A stretch of DNA of 64,000 bases from Bdellovibrionota bacterium (lineage in GTDB: Bacteria > Bdellovibrionota_C > UBA2361 > JAAYZI01), in assembly GCA_050950765.1 (NCBI GenBank), contig JBMNIF010000003.1:480001-544000 (forward strand), given 5' to 3'. The notes under the pieces are model-generated. The model worked only from the letters and a program-made list of their open reading frames with translations. It did no database searches and had not been told where the DNA came from. This document shows, one piece after another, positions 19,962 to 29,564 of the stretch (the stretch's first letter is position 1; each line of letters begins with the position of its first letter). Position numbers and translations under genes: made by a program.

Positions 19962-20921
19962 TTACTTCCCAGAGCTACACAGATCAACACACTTTTTTAT
20001 AAACTTTTTACCGAGTTGATATTTTAATTGATATCCGACTCTCTGTTCAGAAGTAGCAAAAGAGTACGCCCTTGCCATAAAGTATAAGAACCTCTCTTCT
20101 AAAGGATATATCACTAAATCATTCAAGGAATGAAGAAAATCATTTATAGACCTTGCATCTACAAGATCTAAAAACATAAAGACATCATAGCGATCCAATA
20201 AGTAAAAAATAGCTACTGGATCTTTTTCCACCGTGATTTTCTGAATCTCTTTAATTAAACGTGTGCCTGAAACCGTTTTTAACGCCCCTGTTTCCACCCC
20301 CTCTACAAGAAGCCTTTCAGTTTTCTTTTCAAAAGATCCTCCTATCCTCACACTGTAACGACAGCCGCGAAAAATTCTAGTCGGGTCGTCAAGAAAGCTT
20401 TTGTCGTGCAAAACACGGATCTGATTAAACTTCAGATCTTGTTTACCATTAAAAAAATCTAAGATGGCGTGCTCTGCTTGTAGTGTAAGATGACCTTTTT
20501 CAATACAATCTATAAACTCTTCCAACGAAAGAGCCATAGCATTGATAGAAAAGTCTCTCCGTTTTAGATCTTCAACAACACTTGCAGCAGTTACAGTCGG
20601 TAAGGCTCCGCCCCTTTCATAGTATTCACTTCTTGCCCTTGCAATATCGATCTCCTTACAAGGTAACCACTTAGAAGGCAATTCAACTTTTACTGACATA
20701 AAAGATGTGAACTTTTGCAATTTGCCGTCCACAATACTCGTAACACGTTTAGCTAATGTTGAAACTTCTCCATCAAGCACAAGATCAATATCATTACTTC
20801 TAAACGGCTTCTCCCCCAGAAGGTCTCTGACACCACCTCCAACAACAAAAAGAGAAAGATTCAATGTCGCTGCTTCTTTTTGCAATATTTGCAAGAGATC
20901 TTTATAAGTGCCCTCTATCAT
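19962..20921 (-). CDS. Class II tRNA nucleotidyltransferase (CCA/A-adding type), compact form
   Basis: VVGGGVRDLL...DIDLV, EDLKRRDFSINAMA and SFLDDPTRIFR. Confidence 0.88.
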   Translation of the reverse strand: MIEGTYKDLLQILQKEAATLNLSLFVVGGGVRDLLGEKPFRSNDIDLVLDGEVSTLAKRVTSIVDGKLQKFTSFMSVKVELPSKWLPCKEIDIARARSEYYERGGALPTVTAASVVEDLKRRDFSINAMALSLEEFIDCIEKGHLTLQAEHAILDFFNGKQDLKFNQIRVLHDKSFLDDPTRIFRGCRYSVRIGGSFEKKTERLLVEGVETGALKTVSGTRLIKEIQKITVEKDPVAIFYLLDRYDVFMFLDLVDARSINDFLHSLNDLVIYPLEERFLYFMARAYSFATSEQRVGYQLKYQLGKKFIKKCVDLCSSGK

Positions 20922-20927
20922 CAGATC

Positions 20928-22163
20928 TTATTTATCAACGTTGTAATGTTTTAAAAAACTTTGTATGCCTTGCGCCATCCCAAGCGCTAAATCCTTTCTA
21001 AACTCCTCTTTTCCAAGTTTTTCTCCCTCTTTCTGATTACTAATAAAAAAGAGTTCGGCTAATACACAAGGCATATGAGTACCTACCAAGACATAAAAAG
21101 GAGCCTTTTTAACCCCTCTCCCTTTTATAGCACTCCAATTCCGTTCCATCTCAGAAATAATTTGATCATGTAGATCCTTTGCAAGAGCAATGGAATCTTC
21201 CAACTTCGCATTTTGAATCATCTCACTCAACATCATATAAAGATCTGCCGCAGCCCCTTCATACTTAATTGAAGCATTTTCACGTTCCGCCATTTTAATG
21301 GCTGCACTATCTTGCGTATTATCTAAATAATACACCTCAACTCCTGCAGCTTTTGCATCTTCTGAAGCATTAATATGCAGACTAATAAAGAGATCAGCGT
21401 TATAACTATTGGCAAAAGCAGTTCTTTCAGAAAGCGGAATAAACTCATCAGTTCTGCGAGTTAATTTTACTACTATCCGAGGATCTTTTTCTAAGATCTC
21501 TTGTAATTGTAAAGCGATCGCTAGCACCACATCTTTTTCAAGGAGTCCCCCTACTCCAACAGCACCGAAATCTTCTCCGCCATGACCTGGATCAAGCACA
21601 ATCAGGATTTGCCCCTCCTTTTTAGTATGTCGTGTAGTAGTAGCTTCCTGCTTAAACGGTAAATTATCCTTTATCTGCGCTATTCTAATTAACGCCACAT
21701 CGTGCATATCAGAATCTTGAAACTCTTGAACGATCTTCTGATACAAAGCTAGCGCCGTCTCTTTATCCGACCAATCAGAGAGATAAATTTCAGCGCGTCG
21801 CTTAATTGCATCATCTGCCAAAGGAGAATCCTTATATTTTTCACTAAGCTCCGTCAGCAAAGTATTAACTTGTTGCAATCTCTTGGGCTCACCGTGAAAG
21901 CGGTAAAGTTGTTCGATTAAAATGCTAGCATTATTCAAAGCTGAAGCGGCACCGTCAGCTTGCGGGTTTTTATTAGCGTAACTGATAAATTCATCCGCCA
22001 ACTTTTCCCAATCAGAAACTTTTTCCACCTCAGAATCAGTATTTCGTAAGCGTAGATAACGTTCCTTTAAACCTTTAAAATACACTTCGTTTTGCTGTGC
22101 TACAACCGTTTCAGGTATCACATTAAGTAAAATAAAGAACAAAATAGAAAAGAGTTTCTGCAT
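20928..22163 (-). CDS. N-acetylmuramoyl-L-alanine amidase (Amidase_3) with N-terminal TPR-like domain
   Basis: LDPGHGGED...EKD, DLFISLHINAS and APFYVL...MPCVLAE; signal peptide; start overlaps the mutS stop (TAATG). Confidence 0.93.
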   Translation of the reverse strand: MQKLFSILFFILLNVIPETVVAQQNEVYFKGLKERYLRLRNTDSEVEKVSDWEKLADEFISYANKNPQADGAASALNNASILIEQLYRFHGEPKRLQQVNTLLTELSEKYKDSPLADDAIKRRAEIYLSDWSDKETALALYQKIVQEFQDSDMHDVALIRIAQIKDNLPFKQEATTTRHTKKEGQILIVLDPGHGGEDFGAVGVGGLLEKDVVLAIALQLQEILEKDPRIVVKLTRRTDEFIPLSERTAFANSYNADLFISLHINASEDAKAAGVEVYYLDNTQDSAAIKMAERENASIKYEGAAADLYMMLSEMIQNAKLEDSIALAKDLHDQIISEMERNWSAIKGRGVKKAPFYVLVGTHMPCVLAELFFISNQKEGEKLGKEEFRKDLALGMAQGIQSFLKHYNVDK

Positions 22164-24844
22164 TATAATTCCTTTGCCTGTTTCTGTAACTTAGCTAAGA
22201 GGTTTAATGAATCCAACGGCGTCATACTATTTAGATCAATATCTTCAAGAAAAGTAGCTAATTTTTGTAGGTCTTGATAATCAGGTGGTGGCACCACTTT
22301 AACGACAGGGGTCGGTGGAAAAAGCTCATACTGCGCAGAAGGTGTTTCCCTCTCTCTCTTTACTAATTGTTTTTTAGATCTATCACAATCTATCTTATCA
22401 TCTGAAGTGTGTAACAAATCCTTAGCTCTTTCAAGTAAACCTTGTGGTAAGCCTGCTAACTTAGCAACCTCCAAGCCATAAGAACGATTGGCTGGGCCTT
22501 TACAAATTTCATGAGTAAAAAGCACGTCATCGCCGTTTTCTACAACACCGACAGAGAGATTTTGCACAACCGAATGATAACAATCCAACTCCGTTAATTC
22601 ATGAAAATGCGTTGCAAAAAGGGTTCGGCAAGATATCTTCTCAATGATCCATTCCAGAATAGCTCGCGCAATAGCGCGTCCATCAGCCGTCGCCGTTCCA
22701 CGCCCTATTTCATCAATCAATAAAAGTGATCTTTCACTTGCATTAGTTACGATATGCGCAGCTTCACGCATCTCAACCATGAAAGTCGATTCGCCTTCCA
22801 GCAAATCATCAGATGCGCCCATGCGTGCAAAAAGTTTATCAACGATCCCGATTATAGCACGTGTTGCGGAGACAAAAGAACCGATCTGCGCCATAACTGT
22901 TATCAACCCAGCTTGTCTTAAAAAGGTTGACTTACCGCCCATATTAGGACCCGTCAACATTACGCATTGTAAGGTAGGCGATAGGCTTAATGAATTAGCG
23001 ATAAAAGATCCTTTTAATAACCTTGCCACAACAGGATGTTTCCCGTTTTCTATGTCCAAAATATTATCTTCAACAATTGTCGGACAAACATACCCCTCAA
23101 GATCCGCCACATCAGCAAAACTTAACAAGACATCGAGTTGACACAATTTGGCATAAACAGCACGGAGTTGCAGACAATACGGAGTTACTTTTGAACGCAA
23201 TTCTTCAAACATTTTACGTTCAAGATCATATTGTCTTGACTCAGCACTTAAGACCTCCTGCTCCATCTCTTTTAGGTCTTGAGTGATAAACCTTTCGGCA
23301 TTAACTGTCGTCTGTTTTTTTATATAACGTTCAGGCACCTTAGCAAGGTGTGTTTTTGTAACCTCGATAAAATATCCGTGCACATTATTAAAGCGAATCT
23401 TTAAAGACGGGATCTCTGTAATTTGACGCTCTTTTGCTTCAAGTTCTGCAATCCAAGAACGTCCTTTTTTTCGAATATGTCTCAGATGATCCAACTCTTC
23501 ATTGCAACCTTCTTTAAAGATCCCCCCTTCCTTACAGTGTGACGGCGGAGCATCTATAAGATCTTTTAAAATTTCATCGTTCAATTCAGAAGAAACAGTT
23601 AGTCCTTGTGCGATCTCTTTTAAACGCGCGCTATTATTTTCACCAGTAGCAAGGTGTTCTAAGACATTTTTCAAAGTTGGTAGTTGCGTTAAAGAATCTC
23701 TTAGCGCTGCCAATTCTCTCGGCGTCGCAATATTTAGTTCAACCCTAGCAGCGATTCTCTCAAAATCACTGATGTATTTTATTACAGTCCTGATCTGATC
23801 AGACTCGACCTTATTATTGAGGAAACTCCGAACGGCATCTTGACGTGCTAAGATCTCACCTTTTTCTGTTGAAGGATTTAAGATCCATTCTCTTAACAGT
23901 CTAGCACCTCCGACAGTTTTAGTATGATTCAAGACACTAAATAAAGTGCCAGCAGAATCTCCATCTTTAGAATTTTGCACCAGCTCTAAAGTTCGTCTAG
24001 CAGAAGCATCGATACTCATAATATTCGAGACATCACGGATGGAAACTTTTTGGAAAGGAAGCTCTACATTAACCGTAGTCTCATCAACAAAATCTACCAA
24101 TAGACGCACAGCTTTTTTAGCGTGCACTCCGAGCGCAGCATATCCACTCAGCGCTCCCATACGAGCTCCCTCTCTCAGTTCTGCATAGCGCGGATTTCTA
24201 AACTTAAGCGCTGCACCTCTATTATTTTCCTCAAGGCGTCTAATCCAAGTAGATCTTTTATCAAACTTCTGATCGGAAACCTCTTTTGGGATAATAATTT
24301 CTGCCGGAGTAAGCTTTGACAATTCCGCCACAAGCACCCCTCTGTCCAGAGCCTCTCTAACAAAGATCTCCCCTGTTTGCACTGATGAATATGCTATCGA
24401 AAACGCTTCTACACTTTCAGAAGTCGGATAAACAGCTGCGATGATAGGAGCCCGATCGCCCTCTAGATCGCACTGCAATGTAATTCCTGGTGTAACTATT
24501 CGATCCAGTTTTCTATCTATTCCACTTTTTGTCTCCGTGCTTTCACATTGCGAAACCAAAGCTATGGAAAAACCCAACTTTAAAAGTCTCTCCAGATAAG
24601 ATTCAATAACTGGGATGGGCACCCCTGCCATCGGAACAGGATCAGGCGCGTTCTTGGTACGGCTCGTTAAGGTTAAGTTAATAGCCTCTGCAATCGTGAC
24701 GGCATCTTCAAAAAATGCCTCATAGAAATCTCCGACCTGAAACAACAAGATACAATCTGAATATTGTTGTTTAAATTCCAGATACTGCCTAAGCATCGGA
24801 GATAAATTTTCTGATTGCTCCGCTACATTCATCAACAACCCCAC
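22163..24844 (-). CDS. mutS: DNA mismatch repair protein MutS
   Basis: SPMLRQY...GDFYEAF, TGPNMGGKST, GESTFMVEM, DEIGRGT, FATHFHEL and SYGLEVA. Confidence 0.98.
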   Translation of the reverse strand: MGLLMNVAEQSENLSPMLRQYLEFKQQYSDCILLFQVGDFYEAFFEDAVTIAEAINLTLTSRTKNAPDPVPMAGVPIPVIESYLERLLKLGFSIALVSQCESTETKSGIDRKLDRIVTPGITLQCDLEGDRAPIIAAVYPTSESVEAFSIAYSSVQTGEIFVREALDRGVLVAELSKLTPAEIIIPKEVSDQKFDKRSTWIRRLEENNRGAALKFRNPRYAELREGARMGALSGYAALGVHAKKAVRLLVDFVDETTVNVELPFQKVSIRDVSNIMSIDASARRTLELVQNSKDGDSAGTLFSVLNHTKTVGGARLLREWILNPSTEKGEILARQDAVRSFLNNKVESDQIRTVIKYISDFERIAARVELNIATPRELAALRDSLTQLPTLKNVLEHLATGENNSARLKEIAQGLTVSSELNDEILKDLIDAPPSHCKEGGIFKEGCNEELDHLRHIRKKGRSWIAELEAKERQITEIPSLKIRFNNVHGYFIEVTKTHLAKVPERYIKKQTTVNAERFITQDLKEMEQEVLSAESRQYDLERKMFEELRSKVTPYCLQLRAVYAKLCQLDVLLSFADVADLEGYVCPTIVEDNILDIENGKHPVVARLLKGSFIANSLSLSPTLQCVMLTGPNMGGKSTFLRQAGLITVMAQIGSFVSATRAIIGIVDKLFARMGASDDLLEGESTFMVEMREAAHIVTNASERSLLLIDEIGRGTATADGRAIARAILEWIIEKISCRTLFATHFHELTELDCYHSVVQNLSVGVVENGDDVLFTHEICKGPANRSYGLEVAKLAGLPQGLLERAKDLLHTSDDKIDCDRSKKQLVKRERETPSAQYELFPPTPVVKVVPPPDYQDLQKLATFLEDIDLNSMTPLDSLNLLAKLQKQAKEL

Positions 24845-25497
24845 TTAATAGCCTCTAAAAGGTAACAGCGAAAAAGCTAATCGAATGCTTTCACTCTTTA
24901 TCTTTTCACCATATCTTATTATTTACACGTATATTTTCAAGGATCTCTGCTGAACGAATTTTGTTTAGAGATCTCTCTTCATCTTACATTTAACTCTTTA
25001 AAAGTGTCGGTATTTTCACTCTCTTAAGGGGATAGCTACTGCTAGAAGCACAGAAAAAGTAATAAAAAATCTCGTCTTAAAATGGAGATACTGCGGAGTC
25101 TCTAGCCCCTTTCTAAAAACTCTTAAATTTAAAGAACTCCGCACCTTACCTTTGTTTTTGACCTTATATATATGATCAAAATCTAGAACTCCCTGCTAAA
25201 AATGATGTGCTAAGGTAATTTTATTTTTTGACACAACTAATAAAATACAATATTTTTAGATAGTTACTCTTTTTTACTTAAGACGCTCTCCTATTTATGC
25301 CGACTATAATGGATACAATAGAGGCAGAAGAAAGAGATTTGCAGATATGACAAAGAAAGGGCTGCGTTGGTTTTGTTGCCGATTTCATGTATAGCATCAT
25401 TCTCACACTGTCCGTTTGCCATTATATTTTATTTTTAATTGATAGAGGTCGTAGCACCCTGCTTAGTGCAGTAGCTTATTTTTGATTTTGGGATACG

Positions 25498-27858
25498 ATG
25501 ATTCATCAGATTGAAATTTGGATACTTGAACTTATCCGCTGGTATTTTAATTCCAGTTTCGTATTTGCCATACCATCTATCGTCCTCATCATTGTCCTCC
25601 TCTTTTTGCAGTTTTCACATCAAAACAAAAACCCTCTCCCTGGCATTGGTGCCATTCTACTTTGTATTGTCGAATTCTTTCACCTAGTTGAAAAATTCCA
25701 GGTAAGAGCTGATCTCTACTTTACAGACTTAATCCATCAGATGGAGATGCCATCACCATCTTCCTTTGGAAAATTGCCTTTTGGCTTCGAGCAGATCTTC
25801 ACTATCTTTGTTGGAAAAGCTGAAACTCGAACTTACCTTGAAGAGTTAATTTTTGTTATTTTTGCCACCTACTTTATACTTTTTCTAATAGAGGGTAGGA
25901 AGGATTATAAAAGAACTGGTGTCATACTCGGAGATTTCTCCATAAAAGATATCGTGAGTGGCTTTAATAATGAGGATCGTCGTCCTATCCGTTCAAAATC
26001 AAATGAGCTAGGTTCCGGAGATTTAGCCAATACAGATCAGATTATAAAATGGACAAAACCATCAGGTTCAAAAGGAGATACCTGTTTGCCAGTTACTGAT
26101 CTGCGCGGAAGCGACGGTATCTCGCTACGTTCCGGAGAGCTAGTCTGGCCAGCCGGAGAAAGGAATCGTCATATTTTAGCTATTGCAAAAACCGGTAGTG
26201 GAAAAACCTCCCGTTTAATCTTACCGATTCTTTATAGCGATTGTCTTTGCCAAGATCGTTCCACTATCGTGATCGACTCAAAGCCTGAGATGTGGCGCAA
26301 ATTGGCTCGCATGACTCGTGAATATAATCCTGAAAAAAATATCATGCTCTTCAACCCGTTAGATATTTCACGAAGCATGAGTTGGAATATTTTAAGTAAG
26401 ATTGAAGATGACACCGACTGTAAACTAATCGCTAACACCTTGATCATGGCAACAGAGAATCCATCTGCTAAAGGTGACAGCCCTTTCTTTAGGAACAACG
26501 CTCTTTCGATTTTAAATGCTATCATGGTCGGCTTATTGCGAGATCCTGATGAAACCTTATCAATGCCGAGGATCCACGAATTGGTACAATCTGGTATGAA
26601 GCCACTTTGTGATTGGTTGGAATCTCATCCGGAAGCATTCAGGACTTCCAGAACCTTTGTTGAATTGGCTAGATCAGAATCTCAAAATGCTGACACGATT
26701 ATGTCGGAGTTGGGATCCCGCTTAAGCGCTTGGGACCTACACGCTGTTCGTGCCACTACTGCCAAAGATGAATTGGATATCAAAAAGCTAATTACCGAAC
26801 CAACCCTCTTCATCGTTGAGTTCAGAGAATCAGAATTAGAGATGTTACGACCGTTGGCGAACGTAATTGTTATTGAGCTTCTAAGATTCTTAACGAAACA
26901 AGCCGAGTTCTGTCCTGGATCTAAATTACCACGTCCTGTCGGTTTAGTTATTGACGAGTTTGCTTCTGCACTAGGTCGCTTGCCTGATATTCACGTCAAG
27001 TTAAACACATTGCGTTCCCGTAATGTTAGTATCGTGGCAGCAATTCAATCAATCGCACAGATAAAATCGAACTATGGCGATACAGCAGATTCCGTATTAG
27101 CTGGTTTTAGCTCAACTATTTTAATGCCGTCTTTGGATGTCCAAGATGCAGAGTGGGCATCGAAAGAATCAGGTCAGATGACTATTCGCTTTCAAACCGC
27201 ATCTACCGGTAGTAACCGAAAGATTATTGAGTGGTTTGCTAGTAAAAACGTCGGCTCTCAAGAACAGGTACAACAACGTGCTGTTTTAACACCAGACGAG
27301 ATCGGACGTCCTGCCGATAACCGCGCTACCTTTTTCATGCCGAATACCCCACCCTTTCAAGGTTTCTTGGTGCCATTTTTCAAGATTCCGGAGATGCTCA
27401 AACGTCTAACAGAGTTTGATAACGATAAAGATGAGCTCTTTTTACGGGATGCGCCGATCGATTATGTAGATGCTCCCCCTGCTCCACCAGCTGCCAAACA
27501 GAACGCTGCTGCTTCAGGTGGGCTGCCTGCAGGTATCTCCAATACAGCAGGTTGGACAGATGAACAGCTAGCAAAGAAGCTTGATGAAGTTAGAGCCAGC
27601 CTTGATTGGGATAATACCACAGGGAGCGCTAGAAAATGGTGGGAAGCTTTTGAGAATGAAAATAAGCACCGTCTGGCATTGGTGCTTAGATTGGCTGAAG
27701 AGCTAGCTAACCGTAAAGCAACAATTACGGAATTCTTTCTCGCCTACGTTTACAGTAACACAGATAATATCCAAGCGAATTTATACTACCTTGACTACTC
27801 TCGCTTAAAGAAAGAGGAAGAACGCAAACGTAAAGAAGCTGCAGCAGCTAATCCGTAG
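25498..27858 (+). CDS. VirD4/TraG-like type IV coupling ATPase with additional C-terminal domain
   Basis: N-terminal TMs; HILAIAKTGSGKT (Walker A); VIDSKPE; FNPLD...SWNIL; LVIDEFASALG (Walker B); RSRNVSIVAAIQSIAQIKSNYG; RAVLTPDEI. Confidence 0.88.
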   Translation: MIHQIEIWILELIRWYFNSSFVFAIPSIVLIIVLLFLQFSHQNKNPLPGIGAILLCIVEFFHLVEKFQVRADLYFTDLIHQMEMPSPSSFGKLPFGFEQIFTIFVGKAETRTYLEELIFVIFATYFILFLIEGRKDYKRTGVILGDFSIKDIVSGFNNEDRRPIRSKSNELGSGDLANTDQIIKWTKPSGSKGDTCLPVTDLRGSDGISLRSGELVWPAGERNRHILAIAKTGSGKTSRLILPILYSDCLCQDRSTIVIDSKPEMWRKLARMTREYNPEKNIMLFNPLDISRSMSWNILSKIEDDTDCKLIANTLIMATENPSAKGDSPFFRNNALSILNAIMVGLLRDPDETLSMPRIHELVQSGMKPLCDWLESHPEAFRTSRTFVELARSESQNADTIMSELGSRLSAWDLHAVRATTAKDELDIKKLITEPTLFIVEFRESELEMLRPLANVIVIELLRFLTKQAEFCPGSKLPRPVGLVIDEFASALGRLPDIHVKLNTLRSRNVSIVAAIQSIAQIKSNYGDTADSVLAGFSSTILMPSLDVQDAEWASKESGQMTIRFQTASTGSNRKIIEWFASKNVGSQEQVQQRAVLTPDEIGRPADNRATFFMPNTPPFQGFLVPFFKIPEMLKRLTEFDNDKDELFLRDAPIDYVDAPPAPPAAKQNAAASGGLPAGISNTAGWTDEQLAKKLDEVRASLDWDNTTGSARKWWEAFENENKHRLALVLRLAEELANRKATITEFFLAYVYSNTDNIQANLYYLDYSRLKKEEERKRKEAAAANP

Positions 27859-27867
27859 ACTAATACC

Positions 27868-28766
27868 GTTTTTACCCCCCCCCAAAAAAAAAACTGACCC
27901 CCTACTGGTGGGTGGCACCAAATTTACCAGCATTCTTTTAAGCCAAGATTCTGCACTGGTGGGTGGAGCCGTCCTTGCTGGTGGGTGGCACCAGATCTGC
28001 AGACCCTACAGTTGCAGCCCGTTCAGCCGTCCTTGAAGGGTGGCACCAGATCCAAGCCCCGCTGCCAATTAGGACACCCACCTTTAACTGGTGGGTGGCA
28101 CCAAAACTGCCAGATTTTAAGCTTTTGATAACATCTTGATATTACTAGCGGCACTGGTGGGTGGCACCAGTTTTTTAACCTCCGTCCTTGAAGGGTGGCA
28201 CCAGTTTTTTCCCGCTGCAATTTGCAGCCCGTTCAGCCGTCCCTGAAGGGTGGCACCAAATTTATCCAGTCGCCTAAGCCATCAAAGCAGCAAAAAAGAA
28301 GGGTGGCACCAGCGTCTAGCTGCCCAAACCGGTGGGTGGCACCAAAACTAACCATCTTTAGTTAGGTGCTAACATATTGATTTTAAAGGCTTCATTCTTT
28401 TAAGCCAAGATTCTGCACTGGTGGGTGGCACCAAATTTTTGACCAGTGCTGCTGGTGGGTGGCACCAGATCCAAGCCCAGCCAAAGTCAGCAGATCCCGT
28501 CTTACTAGTGGGTGGCACCAAGACTGCCGAACACCAGATCTGCAGCCCGTTCAGCCGTCCCTGAAGGGTGGCACCAGCGTCTAGCTGCCAGATCCAAGCC
28601 CCGCTGCCAATTAGGACACCCACCTTTAACTGGTGGGTGGCACCAAAACTGCCAGATTTTAAGCTTTTGATAACATCTTGATATTACTAGCGGCACTGGT
28701 GGGTGGCACCAGTTTTTTAACCTCCGTCCTTGAAGGGTGGCACCAGTGCTGGAACCAGTGCTGGAA
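27868..28766 (+). repeat. Large mosaic repeat array, locus 6
   Basis: 16 exact GGGTGGCACCA copies (27910 to 28735) plus one truncated copy; exact 160-bp duplication 28046-28205 = 28588-28747; five IHF-consensus matches. Confidence 0.98.
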
Positions 28767-28784
28767 GAAATTTTATATAAAAAA

Positions 28785-29405
28785 TTAGGCTTTCTTTTTA
28801 GTCGTTGTGGCTTTTTTGGACTTTCCTGTTTTTGTTTCTGTCTTCGTTGTTTTCTTCGGCTCTTTAGTTTTCGGCTCTTTAACAACCCCTTTAGCAACCG
28901 TTTCTTTTTTGGCAGCTTTTACTTTTTTAGAGCTTTTTTCTGCCTTCTCCTTCTCTACAGCCTTAACTTTTTTTGAGCTTTTTTCTGCCTTTTCTACACC
29001 TGTTACTTTTTTAGAACCTTTTTCTTTTTCTGTCTTTTCTACATCTGTTGCCTTTTTCGTGGTTGTGGCTTTTTTCGTGGTTTTTTTCTCTTTTGTCTTA
29101 CCTTTATCAGAGCTAGCTTCACGGTCTACCTTATCACTCTCAGACCCTTTTACATCGATACTATCACTAGAACCTGTCTTCTTAGAATCCGCCGATTTTT
29201 CGGTATTCTCACTTGAGGAGTTCTTTGCTTGCGCTCCTCTTAAGATCTGCTCACCAAAGTTTAGCTTTTGCTGCTCATAACGCTCCATGATCCCTTCAAG
29301 CTCTTCTTTCTTGCTCGACCAAGTACATCCATCAATGCTAAACAACAAAACGGAGCCGCCACCAAAAGAAACTTCTTTTTCTAAATACTTGATTTTCTTA
29401 GCCAT
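28785..29405 (-). CDS. Lysine-rich, histone H1-like-tailed hypothetical protein
   Basis: Small N-terminal domain (LLFSIDGCTWSSKKEEL) followed by K/E/T/S-rich repeats (KAEKSSKKVKA x2). Confidence 0.75.
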   Translation of the reverse strand: MAKKIKYLEKEVSFGGGSVLLFSIDGCTWSSKKEELEGIMERYEQQKLNFGEQILRGAQAKNSSSENTEKSADSKKTGSSDSIDVKGSESDKVDREASSDKGKTKEKKTTKKATTTKKATDVEKTEKEKGSKKVTGVEKAEKSSKKVKAVEKEKAEKSSKKVKAAKKETVAKGVVKEPKTKEPKKTTKTETKTGKSKKATTTKKKA

Positions 29406-29499
29406 TTACCATTTCACTCGAAAAAAATACACCGCTGATGTAATTAGTTCGATGAAAGAACAATGCACTGCGATTCACAAAAAGCACTAACTTCTAATC

Positions 29500-29542
29500 A
29501 AAAAAAAACGGAGACGACTCAAGAATAAGCCACCCCCGTTTT
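29500..29542 (-). terminator. Intrinsic terminator of the OmpA-family gene
   Basis: On the - strand, ACGGGGGTGGCTTA-TTCT-TGAGTCGTCTCCGT pairs fully with G-U pairs and is followed by a U tract. Confidence 0.8.
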
Positions 29543-29564
29543 CTTAACTAGCAACGCATTTTTA

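Noticed and set aside
25441..25497. Lysine riboswitch-like start (ATAGAGGT...AGTA)
   Set aside because: Only about 55 nt remain before the ATG, and the rest of the aptamer is absent.
27977..28458. E. coli Chi sites GCTGGTGG at 27977 and 28451
   Set aside because: Only two cores have the leading G, Chi is lineage-specific, and clustering in arrays is not Chi-like. Probably incidental.
27900..28766. CRISPR array
   Set aside because: The repeat core is only 11-17 bp, spacing is irregular, spacers are re-used within and between loci, and there are no cas genes or leader.
25498..28766. Integrated conjugative element around the VirD4-like gene
   Set aside because: No relaxase, VirB/Tra genes, integrase or att repeats, and the flanks are housekeeping genes.
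28023..28897. ORFs with repeated WCHPP peptides (28023..28220, 28369..28623, 28505..28897)
   Set aside because: They are translations of the DNA repeat in several frames, without convincing starts.
28737..29280. Phe-rich antisense ORFs (also 50613..50934 and the many short shadow ORFs in the track)
   Set aside because: They are shadows of low-complexity or ordinary genes on the opposite strand.
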